Below are positions 1 through 13,138 of a stretch of DNA of 64,000 bases, piece after piece. Each line of letters begins with the position of its first letter. Position 1 is the first letter of the stretch. The position numbers were made by a program, and so were the translations under genes. The notes under the pieces were generated by a model. It had not been told where the DNA came from. It made no database searches and saw only the letters and a program-made list of their open reading frames with translations. This stretch comes from Anolis carolinensis (lineage: Eukaryota), in contig NC_085841.1 of the NCBI RefSeq assembly GCF_035594765.1, positions 225,959,326-226,023,325 of the forward strand. Reading direction: 5' to 3'.

Positions 1-837
1 GTTTAAAACGTTTGGGGATCCCTGTTGTAGACAAAGAGCAACTTTACACATGTATGTACTTACATATCTCTCAAATTGTTAATTAACGAGATATGACCTG
101 ACAGGCATTACTTTCAGTACGACCCTAAAATGGACAGGGATAACTTGACTAAGATCAACAAGGAGATTCCTGTTCAGATTCCTTTCTTTTCAAAAGCTGC
201 AATGCATGGATTTCAAAAAAAGGATTTTTCAATGACTGGTGACTAGCCTTATGTAAATTCTTTCCTGGAACATTGCCAGTAGGTATATTTTTGTATTCCT
301 TTCACAACCTTGTCAAATGTGACTATTTTAAGGGCTGTTCTTATAATGTCTGATGCTCTTCAGCAACTTTACTGTCAGAATGTCAAGCTCTTCTGTTTTT
401 AATTTTTTTTAAAAAAAAAAAGCTTGGTGTTATTGTAGAAGGTATACACAGTTAAGAAATACGAACTTACAGTGATACAATATAGAAAGCCAGTATTCAC
501 AGATAAAGCAATCTTGGAAACATGTGATGGTTGATGAACCCGCTTCAGTTCTTGCATTCTTACAAAATATTTTAATAATTTTAACTCCATATATATTCCA
601 CAAAATGCTTCACACCATTTGGTTAATTATTTTCATTTGTGTCCATTTTTTTCTGAACTCAGGATAGACACATTCAACAACTAAACAGAATGCTACACCC
701 ATCAAACACGTGAAACTTAACCTTCAATTGAAGCTACAACTTTATTAAAATCTGCCTTTAATGAATGTTGCAAGTATTAAAAATATTTTATCGATCATTC
801 TGATTTCAATTACTCTTAGTCTGATTATACTACTTAC

Positions 838-968
838 AGCATGTTTCTGCCAACACTCCCTCAAGACAGGCCTCTTCTTTTTATGTACAACAACTTCCTG
901 CATATCTTCAAGAGAAGGATGCTGGCCCACTTCTTCCTCAAAAGGTAACATATATTCATCCACTGGCC
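838..968 (-). CDS. ACVR2A: ACVR2A coding exon 10
   Basis: tatgcag| (G)[43 protein letters not shown] |gtaagt. 131 nt. The terminal exon is not seen in 1-837. Confidence 0.97.
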
Positions 969-1661
969 CTGCATAATAACAACAGTAACAACAGTTGTGT
1001 TGGTCAGAATCTTATATGGGAGATGCATAACCCCTGTAGTTATGGTGCCATGTTACTGTGAGGCTGATTTCTCCCAATGAAATCTGATAATATAAGGATG
1101 GGAAAAATCCCTTGAAAAATGAATGCTTCAAAAATTCTTTTAAAAAACACACACACACCGGGTTTGCAAGCCAATTACCAGTTCACAAGGCTTTAAGGGC
1201 TATAAATAAACATTTTTCTATATAGAAAAACATTTTTGTGCAGAAATACATTCTTTGTATAAAAAATACATGCAGAGAGTAATACATTTTATGAAAAAAG
1301 CCACATCTATTACTGAGTAGACAAATACTTTCTGAAGTACAAAAACTCTTACAGTTCTCTAATGCCCGCTTGTATGTTTCCCAAATACTATAAACTCAGT
1401 TGAGACCAGCAAAGAACTATTTTTCCTGTCTCTAAAAATTGTAAAGTTTTTTACAACAGATTTTTCTATCTGCACTTACATATCAAAATTACTTAAAATA
1501 TTGAAACGCCCGGCTACTGACAAAAAAGATACTTGAAAGATGCATCCTGTATAAATATATTTTATGACACATTTTATGAGAAATGCAGGCATGATTTAAC
1601 CCATCATACAGAAAAGTCTGAGCATGAAATATTTCCACCACATATTTCAAAAACAGCTTTA

Positions 1662-1832
<171 letters not shown>

Positions 1833-2824
1833 TTAATGATCGGCAACACGAACTTCAATTACAAAACTATCTTTTAAAGTAATTGTAAGAAATGTCTTTT
1901 AGCACTTAACATTAAGTAATACTTTTCTTTAGGATAGCTTACCATCCAAACAGAAAACATATTCAATACTTTCTACCAATGTAAGCTGTATTTTGAAGGT
2001 AATAGCTCTGGTGACCAGTATTATTTCTTAGAGGAACCCTCAACCCAGAAAAGTTACAATCACATAAGATAGCCTTCAACAGGAAGGTGTCAGTCAAAGT
2101 GACTGGAGATGTTTTTTCTGGGTTTTCAGTAATACTGAATAATAGCACCTTTTTACAGATTGAATGTTACCTTTGTATTGTAAAATGCATTATATATAAT
2201 TTGTATTGACATTACATTAACATCTTCAAGATATTCAAAGTTCAATTTATTCATAATGTAATTACAAACTCAAGAATTTAAAATAAATATATATATTTAC
2301 AAATCTAACTACGAACTGCAAGCAACAACGTAGAACCTCTCTTTGGAAGAAAGAAACCCATCAACAGCACTAAAGAATCATTCTGTCTTCACTAGTTCTC
2401 CATATCAGACATAGAACACTCATTCCTATAAAAAGAACTGAGAACAGGAGATAAAGGACAGGAATTGTAATGATCCCATACTGTATACTGTCTTACATAA
2501 AGGTCTTCCTCCCACACAAGTGTTAAAAATGATTTTTACAGCAGTATATGTGTAACTACCTTGTCTTAAAAATTAAATTCATTGTCCTGATATAAAATAT
2601 TCCATAAATGTTGTTTTCAACTTTTCTGAAAGGAAAAAAAATCGCAAAAAGGATAGATGGCATTTTTTGTTTTTTGGCCCAGGTTTTTACACTTCTACAA
2701 GTGAGATAAAATCTCTGGTTTAAATCTGTGTGGAAAATTTCTATGTATTACTGGGAAGAAAGGTACATTCCCATTCAAATTTGAAAAGGAATACAAATAA
2801 AACTACCAAAATCAAATTGATCTT

Positions 2825-3620
2825 CTAGAAACTGATGGCATGATCACATCTAGGACATTGAGTACAATTATGTTTATTGCATGTGAAAAATAATATTGCA
2901 GGGATGGAAAAGGTGCAGAAAAAAGCAGCCAATATGATCAAGGGATTGGAACTATTAAGATAGGTTTGAGGTAATCTAGTTAGAAACAAATGCAATAAAC
3001 ATCCCAAGTAAGTGGATACATGAAAACATACCGTTTCCCCTAAAATAAGACATCCCCAGAAAATGAGACCTAGTAGTGGTTTTGTTGAATTGCTAAATAT
3101 AAGGCCTCCCCCGAAAGTAAGACCTAGCAAAGTTTTTGTTTGGAAGCATGCCCAACAGACAGAACACTAGAGCATGCAGGATTGGCAAATATATGTACCA
3201 TAGAATTGTTGTACATGGAAATAATGGTAGTAACAAGAAATTCTTCATAGGATTCACAGTTTGGTTATTCTGGTTTGTGATGATAACTACTGTACAGTAT
3301 ATAATAAAAATGTTCATTTTTTTGTTCAACAATAAATGTGAATTCTTCTTCATGGAAAAATAAGACATCCCCTGAAAATAAGACCTAGTGCATCTTTGGG
3401 AGCAAAAATTAATATAAGACACTGTCTTATTTTCAGGGAAACACAGTATGTAAAACTGCACATGGTGTGGGAAAAGCAAATAGTGGCATTTTTTTTCTTT
3501 CTACATTGCAATACCAGAACTTGGGTCATCCTCTGAAGCTGAATGGTGCAAGATTCAGTACAGAAAGAACTTAAACTGTGGAATTCACTGCCCAAGGTAA
3601 AATGATGGCTACCAATAAAC
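2825..3620 (+). mobile_element. Old CR1 LINE 3' fragments split by the MITE at 3031-3446
   Basis: CR1-like segments 'ggaaaaggtgcagaaaaaagcagccaatatgatcaagggattgga' and 'aaactgtggaattcactgcccaagg'. Boundaries approximate. Confidence 0.55.
3031..3446. mobile_element. Tc1/mariner-superfamily (pogo/Tigger-like) MITE
   Basis: TA|ccgtttcccctaaaataagaca ... tgtcttattttcagggaaacacag|TA, with internal repeats of aaataagacctag. Confidence 0.8.
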
Positions 3621-4072
3621 AGTCATGGAAACTAGAGTCATCAACAGCTGTTAGTTAAGTTTACTGTATACTGCCTTCAATAATTTGGAGGCTCTATGCC
3701 TCTGTATGTCTGTTGGATACATGAAATGGAGTGTGCAGCTGTAGTAACGTTAAGCTTCTTATAGGCAACAAATTGGCCACCGTGTGAATGGAATGATGAA
3801 CTAAACACTACAGGTCTTCCATCTGATCCAGCAAGTCTTTCCTGATGTTCCAATGAAAGACTTTGCCTCTATCCTGCATATTGCTAAGGATCTACTGGCT
3901 CTTAGTTCTAGAAGTTTTTGAAATGTTAAACAGCAAGGCACATAACTGCGGCCACAAGGAAAGGTAATCAAAATTACAGGTAAATCGGCCTTGTAAATTC
4001 AAAATTGTTTGTAATAGAAAACAAGTATAAAATATGGCACCAATTACAAATTAGCTGGCTCTTTATACCCAC

Positions 4073-4187
4073 CTGACCATGTGTATCGCCTGCTGACTTC
4101 CCAGCCTCAAATTTTAAAGCAAGGCCAAAGTCAGCAATACAAGCCGTAAGATTATTTTTCAGCAATACATTCTTGCTTTTAATGTCC
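4073..4187 (-). CDS. ACVR2A: ACVR2A coding exon 8 (catalytic loop, DFG motif)
   Basis: tttctag| (R)[38 protein letters not shown] |gtgggt. 115 nt. Confidence 0.97.
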
Positions 4188-4854
4188 CTAGAAAAAAAAG
4201 AACAAAATCAATAATACCACACACAAAATTTAGACAGTTTTACAAAACAGCTGATTTTAGGACACGCTTAAGCCTCAACTTGGATTTGTTCATCAGCACT
4301 GTTAAGAGTAAGAATTTCTGCCATACATAATTCTATGTATTATACAAAAGTATTACTTCTGGTTAATACAGAACTCCATATCCCCCAGTCCTGGCTCACT
4401 ATTTTCTGGGTTACGTGCAAAGAATTTATGAAATAAAATAACAGCTGGCAGAAAGCTAGAGGTTTCAATTCTTTCCATAGCTATGTGTAACAAAAAAGTG
4501 TTAAAGAGCTGGTTTTGTTTGTACAGACTGAAATTTTCCTGCTGACTCCTGCAAAATACCAATAGAATTCCTCTGTGGAGACTGGGGTAGAAGTATAAAG
4601 GAAAGACAGCTTATATCTTATAATTTGGATTTAAGCAGCACTTTGCAGCAAAAAAAGTACCCACTTCTTTTCCAAGCACAGGACTGAAGGGTTAAAAGCA
4701 AAAGAAGGGAACTACTGATACTCTGTGAAAAAGACTCACAATAGAGAAACTATTGGTTGTTATTTTGCATACAATTGAGAAGACCAGCAATGGTATTTTC
4801 TTTTCAATGACTACCAATTTTTCACAACACAGCATCAATGCTGGTAAGTTAATA

Positions 4855-5177
4855 CAGTAGAGTCTCACATATCCAACATAAACGGGCTGGCAGAATGTTG
4901 GATAAGCGAATATGTTGGATAATAAGGAGAGATTAAGAAAAAGCCTATTAAACATCAAAATAGGTTATGATTTTACAAATTAAGCACCAAAACATCATGT
5001 TATGCAACAAACTTGACAGAAAAAGTTGTTGATTACGCATTAATGCTATGTTGTAATTACTGTATTTACGAATTTAGCACCAAAATATCATGATAAATTG
5101 AAAACATTGACTACAAAAATGCGTTGGATAATCCAGAACGTTGGATAAGTGAGTGTTGGATAAGTGAGACTCTACTG
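4855..5177. mobile_element. 323-bp mariner/Tigger-like MITE, copy 1
   Basis: TA|CAGTAGAGTCTCAC...GTGAGACTCTACTG|TA. Same length and family as 32615-32937 and 52807-53129. Confidence 0.9.
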
Positions 5178-5227
5178 TATATGCAACTCTACCCTACAGC
5201 ATTAAGTAACTTGAGTGCAATGTCCCA

Positions 5228-5305
5228 TTGAAGGCTTTCATGGCCAGAATCACTGGGGTGTTGTGTTGCTAGAACACGGCCATACAGCCCAGACACCATA
5301 CAACA
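5228..5305. mobile_element. Tiny inverted Penelope remnant
   Basis: 'aaggctttcatggccagaatcactgggg' joined to 'ctagaacacggccatacagccc', the same terminal sequence as 59310-60289. Confidence 0.55.
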
Positions 5306-5494
5306 CTTTACTTGGGTGCAGTTAGCTACCTACAACCTCAATTAAGCTAAACTCTATGGACTAGATGAGTATCCACTGAGAATTCCACAAAACACCCTCT
5401 ACCTTTTCAAACTCCATAATTCTAAAATACTACAGAGCTCATATCCACTCTGTATTTAAAATGTACTGCTTAGATAATACATGAAATAATATAC

Positions 5495-5640
5495 CTGTGG
5501 GATATAGCTGGTTTATGTCCATCTTTCAGACCAGGGATATCTTCATGAAGGTAAGCCAAACCCCTAGCCATAGTTTCAGCGATGTGACAGAGTTCATTCC
5601 ATGAGACTACATTAGCTTTCAGAAAATCAGTAAGTGACCC
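5495..5640 (-). CDS. ACVR2A: ACVR2A coding exon 7
   Basis: ttttttag| [48 protein letters not shown](R) |gtatat. 146 nt. Confidence 0.97.
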
Positions 5641-6327
5641 CTAAAAAAGGATGATTTCAAAAATTACATTTTATTTCTCAGTACAGTTCTCTCTTTTAAA
5701 CGAAATTCTACAAAATGTAGCATAACTGAGTTCAAGCAAAAGCAAATGAAATGTAAATCTCTGTCTTTAGATATTTTAGGCAGCACAGGCTTCTTTTTAT
5801 TCACTATATAAAGTGTCAGAGCGACATGCATATTGGTGATGCACATAAAGAGCTTCTCATATTGTTGCAAGTTCGTGTCTATATTCTGAGTGCAGCTATT
5901 CTGATAAAAGTATACTTCGGGGGTGTCATTTTCCAGCTGTGATGTGGAAAATTATCCTATTTCAATATGAAATTTTATCAGATTTATTTTGTCAGGAACA
6001 ATGTTTCAACAAGAATATGTTTATGCAGCTACTACAGAAATCCCCATGAAAGCACACTCATCAGGAGAACATCCAATTTATTATTACGGTCCTGAAGGAC
6101 AGCTATCCAAGACACCACAGTGTTTCTGTGAACTTTTGAGACCACAGAGGTGGAAAATTCAATAGAAACAAAAATCTCCAATGTGTCAGCTAAAGAATGC
6201 AATGTTAAATTAAAGGGTATTGGAATCAAATCATTTAAAAAGCATATTCTATTTTCATTGATAGAAAGGGTTTAACAGAGGTATGAAAACAACATTACTG
6301 AAAGTGAAAAATAATCAAGATAAACAC

Positions 6328-6471
6328 CTTTTCATGAAATGCTGTTATCAGCCACAAATCAACATCAATGTTGGTTCCTCGTTTCTCAGCACCAATAAAC
6401 TGTAGAATATTTTCATGCTTCATTCCAGGCAAACTATATACCTCATATTCATTTTGCCATGATTGTTTGTC
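6328..6471 (-). CDS. ACVR2A: ACVR2A coding exon 6
   Basis: gttttag| [48 protein letters not shown] |gtgttt. 144 nt. Confidence 0.97.
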
Positions 6472-7129
6472 CTAAAACAAAAATATGCAAATTAATATAT
6501 TCAAAATACTCCATCTGGATACTACCAACATTCAGCAATATAATTATGGACTCAGAAGGATTATCCGATTTTGAGCTACAGCAAGAAAGATACTGAACTG
6601 TGACTGTTCTCCATCATTGGCTTTGCTGCCAAGGACTGACAGGAGATGTAATCCAACAGCATACGGAGAATGATATCAATACTAGACATGCTGAGAACTG
6701 AAAGTATCATGCATGACAACATATTTTATTTATACTGTAAACCTAAGCAGCCCATTGCTGTTTACTCTAATTGTTTTGTTTCATGTCTGTTTTATATTTT
6801 GAACCACTCTGAACATATGTATATTTGAGAATAGTGGAAGAAGAAGGCAACTCTGCTCTGCACATATCTTGACAAAAAAAAAAACCCCCAATGACTGGTT
6901 TGCCAACAAAAACAAATTGCTTGCAACCCAAAAGTGTTCAGCATTTCAACATAATTTGTCAGTCTGTTTCATATGAAAAGGAAATTTGAAATCTGCCTCC
7001 ATGAATGGAGGCAAGGAAATATCAGAAGATTCATGAGGCTAAATACAGTATATTCTCAGAAACAGACATTGTTATTCTGCACTGTACATGAACAATGTCT
7101 CACAGTATCAGTGAGGTTAAATCTTTTGA

Positions 7130-7316
7130 ACAGAGACAGCAAAACGAAGGTTACAAGGGTGTTAACCCTTCCCTATGCAATCCAAAAGTTTTTAAAAATA
7201 TTTGTTTTGGCTGGAGTGACAATTAAAAATGTGCCTGTTCCGACTTCCAAATTTACAAATTCAGCTTAAGAACAAACCTACAGAACCTATCCTGTCTGTA
7301 ACTTGCGGACTGCCTG
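7130..7316 (-). mobile_element. Tigger-like DNA transposon end fragment
   Basis: Reverse complement of the left end of the family at 25549-26376 and 18004-18543; ends gtaacttgcggactgcctg. Confidence 0.65.
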
Positions 7317-7994
7317 GAATGTGATTCCCTGTCAACCAGATCATATATTAAAGAAGATTTTTAAGAACAAATCAAGGGATGTAGTGGCTTTAGCTTTGAA
7401 AACATTTTTAAGGATTTTAACTGTAAATTTTTCATTAATACAATTGATTTTTAATTCTATTTTAATGTTCGTATATTTTTGGATTTTAAATTGTATTGAA
7501 ATGTTTTTTAACATAAGCCTCTTTAAGTCTCCTTTGTGGAGAGAAAAAGCAAGGTGTAAATAACAACAACAAGAACAACAACAAGAACCATATATAGCCA
7601 CAATGAAAGAGAGGGAAGATAATTGGGTTACCCTGGGATGGTCCGGGGAGTGCAAAATGTCTTAGGCCAACCATGAGTAGGCTGGCTTGCTAGCTAGCAG
7701 AAAAACTAAGGGAATGGGCTGCGTTGACAGAAAGAAAATCAGTCAACACAGAATTTATGAATATTGCCTTCATATTTGTGAAGCAGCGTATTTTGTAGGA
7801 AGACAAATTGAATTAAAATGAATAATTCTGTGTTTTGCAGGTCAGACTCTTCTATGTTTTGCCTTCAACTTCTTAGGAAGGTTATTCATCTTATAACTTT
7901 GCAAGCATGATTTCAGCAAGCTGCCCACCTTCTAGCAGCCATTTTACACAAGGGCACTCTCAAAATGTTTTGGTAACAGTTTATCAATGACCCA

Positions 7995-8212
7995 GAGTGG
8001 TGCAATGGCTTGAGTTTTGGACTAGAACTCTGCTTGATCATGGTCCAAATTCCCAATTAGCTGCTAAAATAGACTATGTGACACTAAGGAAGTCACATGC
8101 TCTCAACCTCAGAGGAAGAGAATGACAAACCCCCTCAGAATAAATCTTGCCATGGAAACCCAATGATAGAGTTATTATGAGTCAAAAATGACTTGAAAAG
8201 CACACAACAATA
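7995..8212 (+). mobile_element. Old tRNA-derived SINE with RTE-type tail
   Basis: Shared tail 'aaatcttgccatggaaacccaatgat...tgacttgaa..gcacacaacaa'. Similar copies at about 11135-11340 and 9310-10000. Confidence 0.55.
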
Positions 8213-8460
8213 ATAACTACTACCCTATCAATATATATCTATCAATCATATAAAATACTACTTTCCTTTTGAAATATACTTATTAAATAGAACCATGACT
8301 TTCCTGTCCAATGATATTGTTGTTCTCTTTTTAAAACGTGGTACATTTTTAAACTTACAATTTGAAAAAGAATTTAAATACAAATTTTCGTAGTTATATA
8401 TTTAAATTCATGTTTTAATTTTAACTCAAGACAATATGGAACTTGAGGGTGAATAAATAC

Positions 8461-8604
8461 CTGGATGGGGAATATTTTCACAGCCACATATTCATTTAAC
8501 AACTGAGCTTTCCAGACACAGCCAAATCTCCCCCTGGCTTTGACCTCAAGTAACTGCAGTGGCTTGAGGCCCATCAGAGGTGATGGAGGAGGTGGTCCAG
8601 GATC
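8461..8604 (-). CDS. ACVR2A: ACVR2A coding exon 5 (start of kinase domain)
   Basis: gttttag| [48 protein letters not shown] |gtattt. 144 nt. Confidence 0.97.
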
Positions 8605-9084
8605 CTAAAACACAGAAAAGAAATGGTTAAAGTCCATAGGCTTGTCATTAGAAATTAAATATTAAAGACAATGATTATTTCACTGTAACATTCTGATAGC
8701 AAAAAGTACAATTTGATGAAGAGTAGAGAAAATATAGCATGCAAACTGCATGCAGATCTCAAGAGCTACTTTGTGGTCTCAGGTTGCCTTTTCTCCCCAA
8801 ACCTCCCCGAAAAATTTATAGCACAGAAAACCAGCACAGTATTTCCTGGAAATTTTTCACCCTAAATAGTTCAACAACAATAACAAACCATCACTGATGG
8901 AGTGAGACTTAGCTCTTACACTCCACTCTACTTACCCAACCCACCATACTCACAATAATGCTCTACCAAATACTGGATGTTGCAACTGAATTCCAGTTGT
9001 AAATTTAGTTAAAAATCCAGAACAGATTGAAGAACTGGTCCCCAGACTGACCACTGTTACCTATTTCTACATATGTATGCATGT

Positions 9085-9295
9085 GCATGCAAGACGCCTG
9101 TCACCTTCTGGTGATCCATGAATTTAGTAGGGGTTTCTTAGGCAAGGAAACCTTAGAGGTGGTTTTGCTAGTTCAATCCTCTGAGCTGTAGCCTACAAGA
9201 CCTAGTATTTATTGGCAGTCTCCCATCCAAGTGCTAACCAGGACTTACTTCTCTTTGCTGAGCCTCCAAGATCAGATAGTACCTGGTGTCTTTGT
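9085..9295 (-). mobile_element. 5S rRNA-derived SINE
   Basis: 'gtctcccatccaagtgctaaccagg' is the reverse complement of the 5S box C region. Confidence 0.7.
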
Positions 9296-9416
9296 ACAGA
9301 AATAAAATCAGTGTGGGGTACAGGTCTAAGTGCTAGACTAAGACTCCAGAAGCCCTGAGCTGAAATCCCCATGGAAGCTCTTTAGCTGATCCCTGAACAA
9401 GGTGCATTCCTTAATG

Positions 9417-9899
9417 CAGCAGTTATCAAACGGTGCTCCAGGGAGACCTTGGGGCTCCCTGGGAGATGCTCAGAGGCTCCGCAGCCGCCCTGCCCTATCC
9501 CTCTGGGGTTTTTGCTGCTATTATGATTATGATTATGATTATTACAAAGGCTGGATGGCCATCTGTTGAGGGTATTTGATTGCATTTTTATTGTATTTTT
9601 CCTGCATGGCAGAAGTGGTTTGAACTGGATGGCCCCAGGAGTTTTCCACTAAAATACTGTTACGTTTATGTTGGTTAAAATTGTTCTTCATTTTAAATAT
9701 TGTATTTTTTTTTTTTGCACTGTGTGAATTAGTTCATACAAGCACTCTCCATCTATCTGCCACTGGCCTGGCCCATGCCTGATATATGTACATTAAATAT
9801 AATATAATATACCATGTAATATATAAACATTTATTGGGGTCCACAAGAAACTTTTGCTTTAAAAAGGGCTCCACATCCAAAAAAGTTTGAGAACCCATG
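9417..9899. mobile_element. hAT non-autonomous element
   Basis: 8-bp TSD ccttaatg/ccttaaag. Termini cagcagttatcaaac ... gtttgagaacccatg. It interrupts an old SINE (about 9310-10000). Confidence 0.7.
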
Positions 9900-12112
9900 C
9901 CTTAAAGGAAAGCAATGATAAGACTTTCTGAATAAATCTTGCCATGAAAATCTAATGGTAGGCTTGCCAAAGTCAAGAGTTGACCTGAAGACACAAAACA
10001 AAGATACCCAGTTATCACCAAGGCTACTTAGTTACAATGAAATATGCCTGAATTTTTCATAGGCTTTCAATTGCCACAATCTGACAACAGAAAACAGATC
10101 GTTACTGTAACATCATAAACAAGTATCACTTGTAAAAGGGCTTTGGGGTTTTTTTAAAAAAAAATGCAGGTGTACTTACGACAGCATTATGAATTAGCAA
10201 GATTGAGGCGTATCACTATTGGTAAAATTCAAGAGCAAGACAGTGGTAGCAGTCTCAACCTCGTTTACCCTAATGATGTAAAAAAGCTTTACAATTTATC
10301 CTCATCTACATATTTTTGACTTTGGTGATGGAAAACCTAACTGCAGCTCTTTAGACCTACAGAAGCCATTCAGTTCTCAAAATCACAAGGATTTTAAAAA
10401 AACAAATGGGGGGGCATTATACCCACAACCACCACCAAACCAGCAAAAACTACCTTAAAATCCAGTGTTTTTTTTCTCTTAAACCTTCTCAAAACATTAC
10501 AAAAGATAAAAAAAACCTATCTGTCAAAAGTTGGACACTGAGACTTCCTGGTGCCGCCCATCGGCTGGACACAGAGAGGAAGAATGCCCCTAACGCAATC
10601 CCTGCACAGCTTTTTTTTAATATAATAAAAATAATAACAGCTTTCTATCTCTTCTCTACCTAGAAGTGCAGAGAGAACTCCCTCCCATGAGAGAACAAAA
10701 TAACGCAAAAATTCTTTATCAACAATGGAAACATGCAGTTATTACAGCTCAGCCCCACATAATGCAGTTAATTTATGAAGAGAACTGATGTAGACTACTT
10801 TGTTCATTTGTATTGAAGGGGGCTGCCAGGGGCCACAAAGGATGAAGAGATGGGGGTGCACTACAAGATTTTACTATGAAATAGAGGTGGCTGAAAAAGG
10901 ATGCATTTTTCTTTCTTCGTATTAAACAGAAATATGGATGCACATATCTTGTTTTAAAGTAGAATTGTATTTGAGGGAATGCAATTATGCCTTAACACAT
11001 GGTACACCCCCTCCACACACACACATACATGTTTTCTTTTTAAAGACTAATGAATCTTTTACTGTAGCTTGTGCTGCAACAATGGAAAGGCTGCAAAACA
11101 GAGCAGAAGTTATTCTTCAAATACTCTGAGAATGATTGTGATATAATATTTTGAGTGTTAGACTATGACTCTGGAGACCAGGGTACGAATCTCCACTCAG
11201 CCATGAAGACATACACACATTCTTTTAGCCACAGAGGAAAGCCAACTCCCTTTGAACAAATCCTGCCAAAAAAAAACCATCCCATGATGGGTGTCTTGGG
11301 GTTGCCATAAGCCAGAAATGATTTCAAGGCACACAGCAATTTAGTCAATATTTTAATCTAAATTCACAATGAAATTTTAGATAGACTTTAACCTTGTACA
11401 TGAAAGGGGGGCAAGCCTCAGTCAGAATGAATTATTCAACACAACCACCACCATTTGTCCCTCTTCCTCCTTTTTTAAGATGTAAGGATGCATTTTAAAT
11501 CACTGTGGCCTTCTGACCACACTGATTTTCACCAAACTTTTCCCAACCAAGTCCTTTTAAATAAGAATTCCATATGATCCTTTATTTATGGAAAATAAAT
11601 AAAGCAACCCATATTTCGACCTGACACCTTTTAGTATCTCAGAGTGGTCATCATCTCCCCCCACCACCCCAAGTCATATTCCTTGGGGTAAAAATGGAGG
11701 GAAGAGAAAAATTAAAGATGATGGTATGAACTTCAACAAACTGAGTTGCATATATTCAGGCTTTGCTGCATTTGGAAACAAAGCACTGATAAACATTTCT
11801 CATTTCATTGAGAAAATATGATTCTAGTGGACAAAACAATATATTTCTTTATTCCAGCTCCTGTAAATACTCAGCTATTGCTACCACAGAGCATAGCCAA
11901 TTGGTCAACTGATACTGAAATGATAAATAGCTAGTAGAAGTTCTAACAAGGAAAGAAATCTATCCAGTACTTTGGAACACCAGTATATTACTATTTGTCT
12001 GGCCACATTAATTATCTAATCTTAGTATCATTCCAATATCACGTGTGTGTGTGTATATATAGATAGTGATATAACCCACAATCAATGATTAAGAATGATT
12101 AGTGTATCTTAC

Positions 12113-12136
12113 CTCTATCATTATATGAAAGGCGTG
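12113..12136 (-). CDS. ACVR2A: ACVR2A alternative 24-nt microexon (HAFHIMIE; ActRIIA-N-type insert)
   Basis: tttttctttacaag|CAC GCC TTT CAT ATA ATG ATA GAG|gtaaga. Phase 0/0, in frame between exon 4 (...VPTQ) and exon 5 (DPGP...). It matches my recollection of the 8-aa neural ActRIIA-N insert. Confidence 0.88.
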
Positions 12137-12521
12137 CTTGTAAAGAAAAACACACAGGCAAAGGAAATTACTTCATACAGTACAAATAGATGCAAGAATA
12201 GCAGGAAAGGTGAGAGGAGAGAATAGTAAGAAGTTATAAGGTAAAGCATGAACCCCTTTAAAAAGGATAACGAAACTCAGTATTGACTATTTAAAAGTAA
12301 AAGGTTTAATAGTTAATAAATATAACTGACAATTTTATTTAATCAGTGAACACATTTCAAACAAAGTGATTGAAATACGATTTAGGTATATAAACATCAG
12401 GTGAGAGATTTAATCCAAATATATTATATCTGCTCAAGACATCTAAATGTAAAGATAAATGTAATACTTCAAATGCAGTCATTCAACCTAAGTAACACAT
12501 ACACTTAAAATTCTATGCATT

Positions 12522-12537
12522 ACACCAGAGGGCAGTA
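12522..12537 (+). promoter_or_regulatory. Candidate CTCF site
   Basis: ACACCAGAGGGCAGTA resembles the CTCF core CCACCAGRGGGCAG. Motif match only. Confidence 0.45.
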
Positions 12538-13138
12538 TTGTATCATCTAAAACATATCTACAGGGTTTTCAAGCCTGTGAAGAAAAATGCAGTACTGTGT
12601 ACAAATGCAAGCAGATGCACGCACGCACGCACACACACACACACACACCAGTAACTAATCACTTTGCTAAAAATAAAGTGAGCTTCTATTTGATATTAAT
12701 ACAGTTACTTGGACAGGTCAGTTTATGCAAATGTTTTTTCTGTACTAGTACAGTGTGTTGATTTGTTATATTTCTTAAAATATGAGGATTCTGAATACAG
12801 CCCAATAGGTCTTGAACCACGCATTGTATAATATTCAGAACTTGTTAAAGTTTTTCGCTGATTCTGAAATTTTTAATTAGTTCATTGGTGCTACAGCTCT
12901 TTAAAAACCATGTAACCCATTCACAGAATGCAACCCTAGAGTTAATCCCAGTATAGTAAATTAGCTAAAATATTCTGGCATTACAGCATCACCAAAGCCC
13001 AACAGTATGTAATTCTGCAAAGGTTCAGATCCTTTTGGCACATGATGTGGCCCTTTGGAAATATACAAGTGGAAGGGACACAAACCTCTTATCATCTCCA
13101 CAAGTACAAACATGTATGTAAATGGAACATGGTAAATA

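Noticed and set aside
1-837. Terminal coding exon 11 of ACVR2A
   Set aside because: No sequence encoding the expected ...LCETIEECWDHDAEARL... was seen, so it must lie left of the window.
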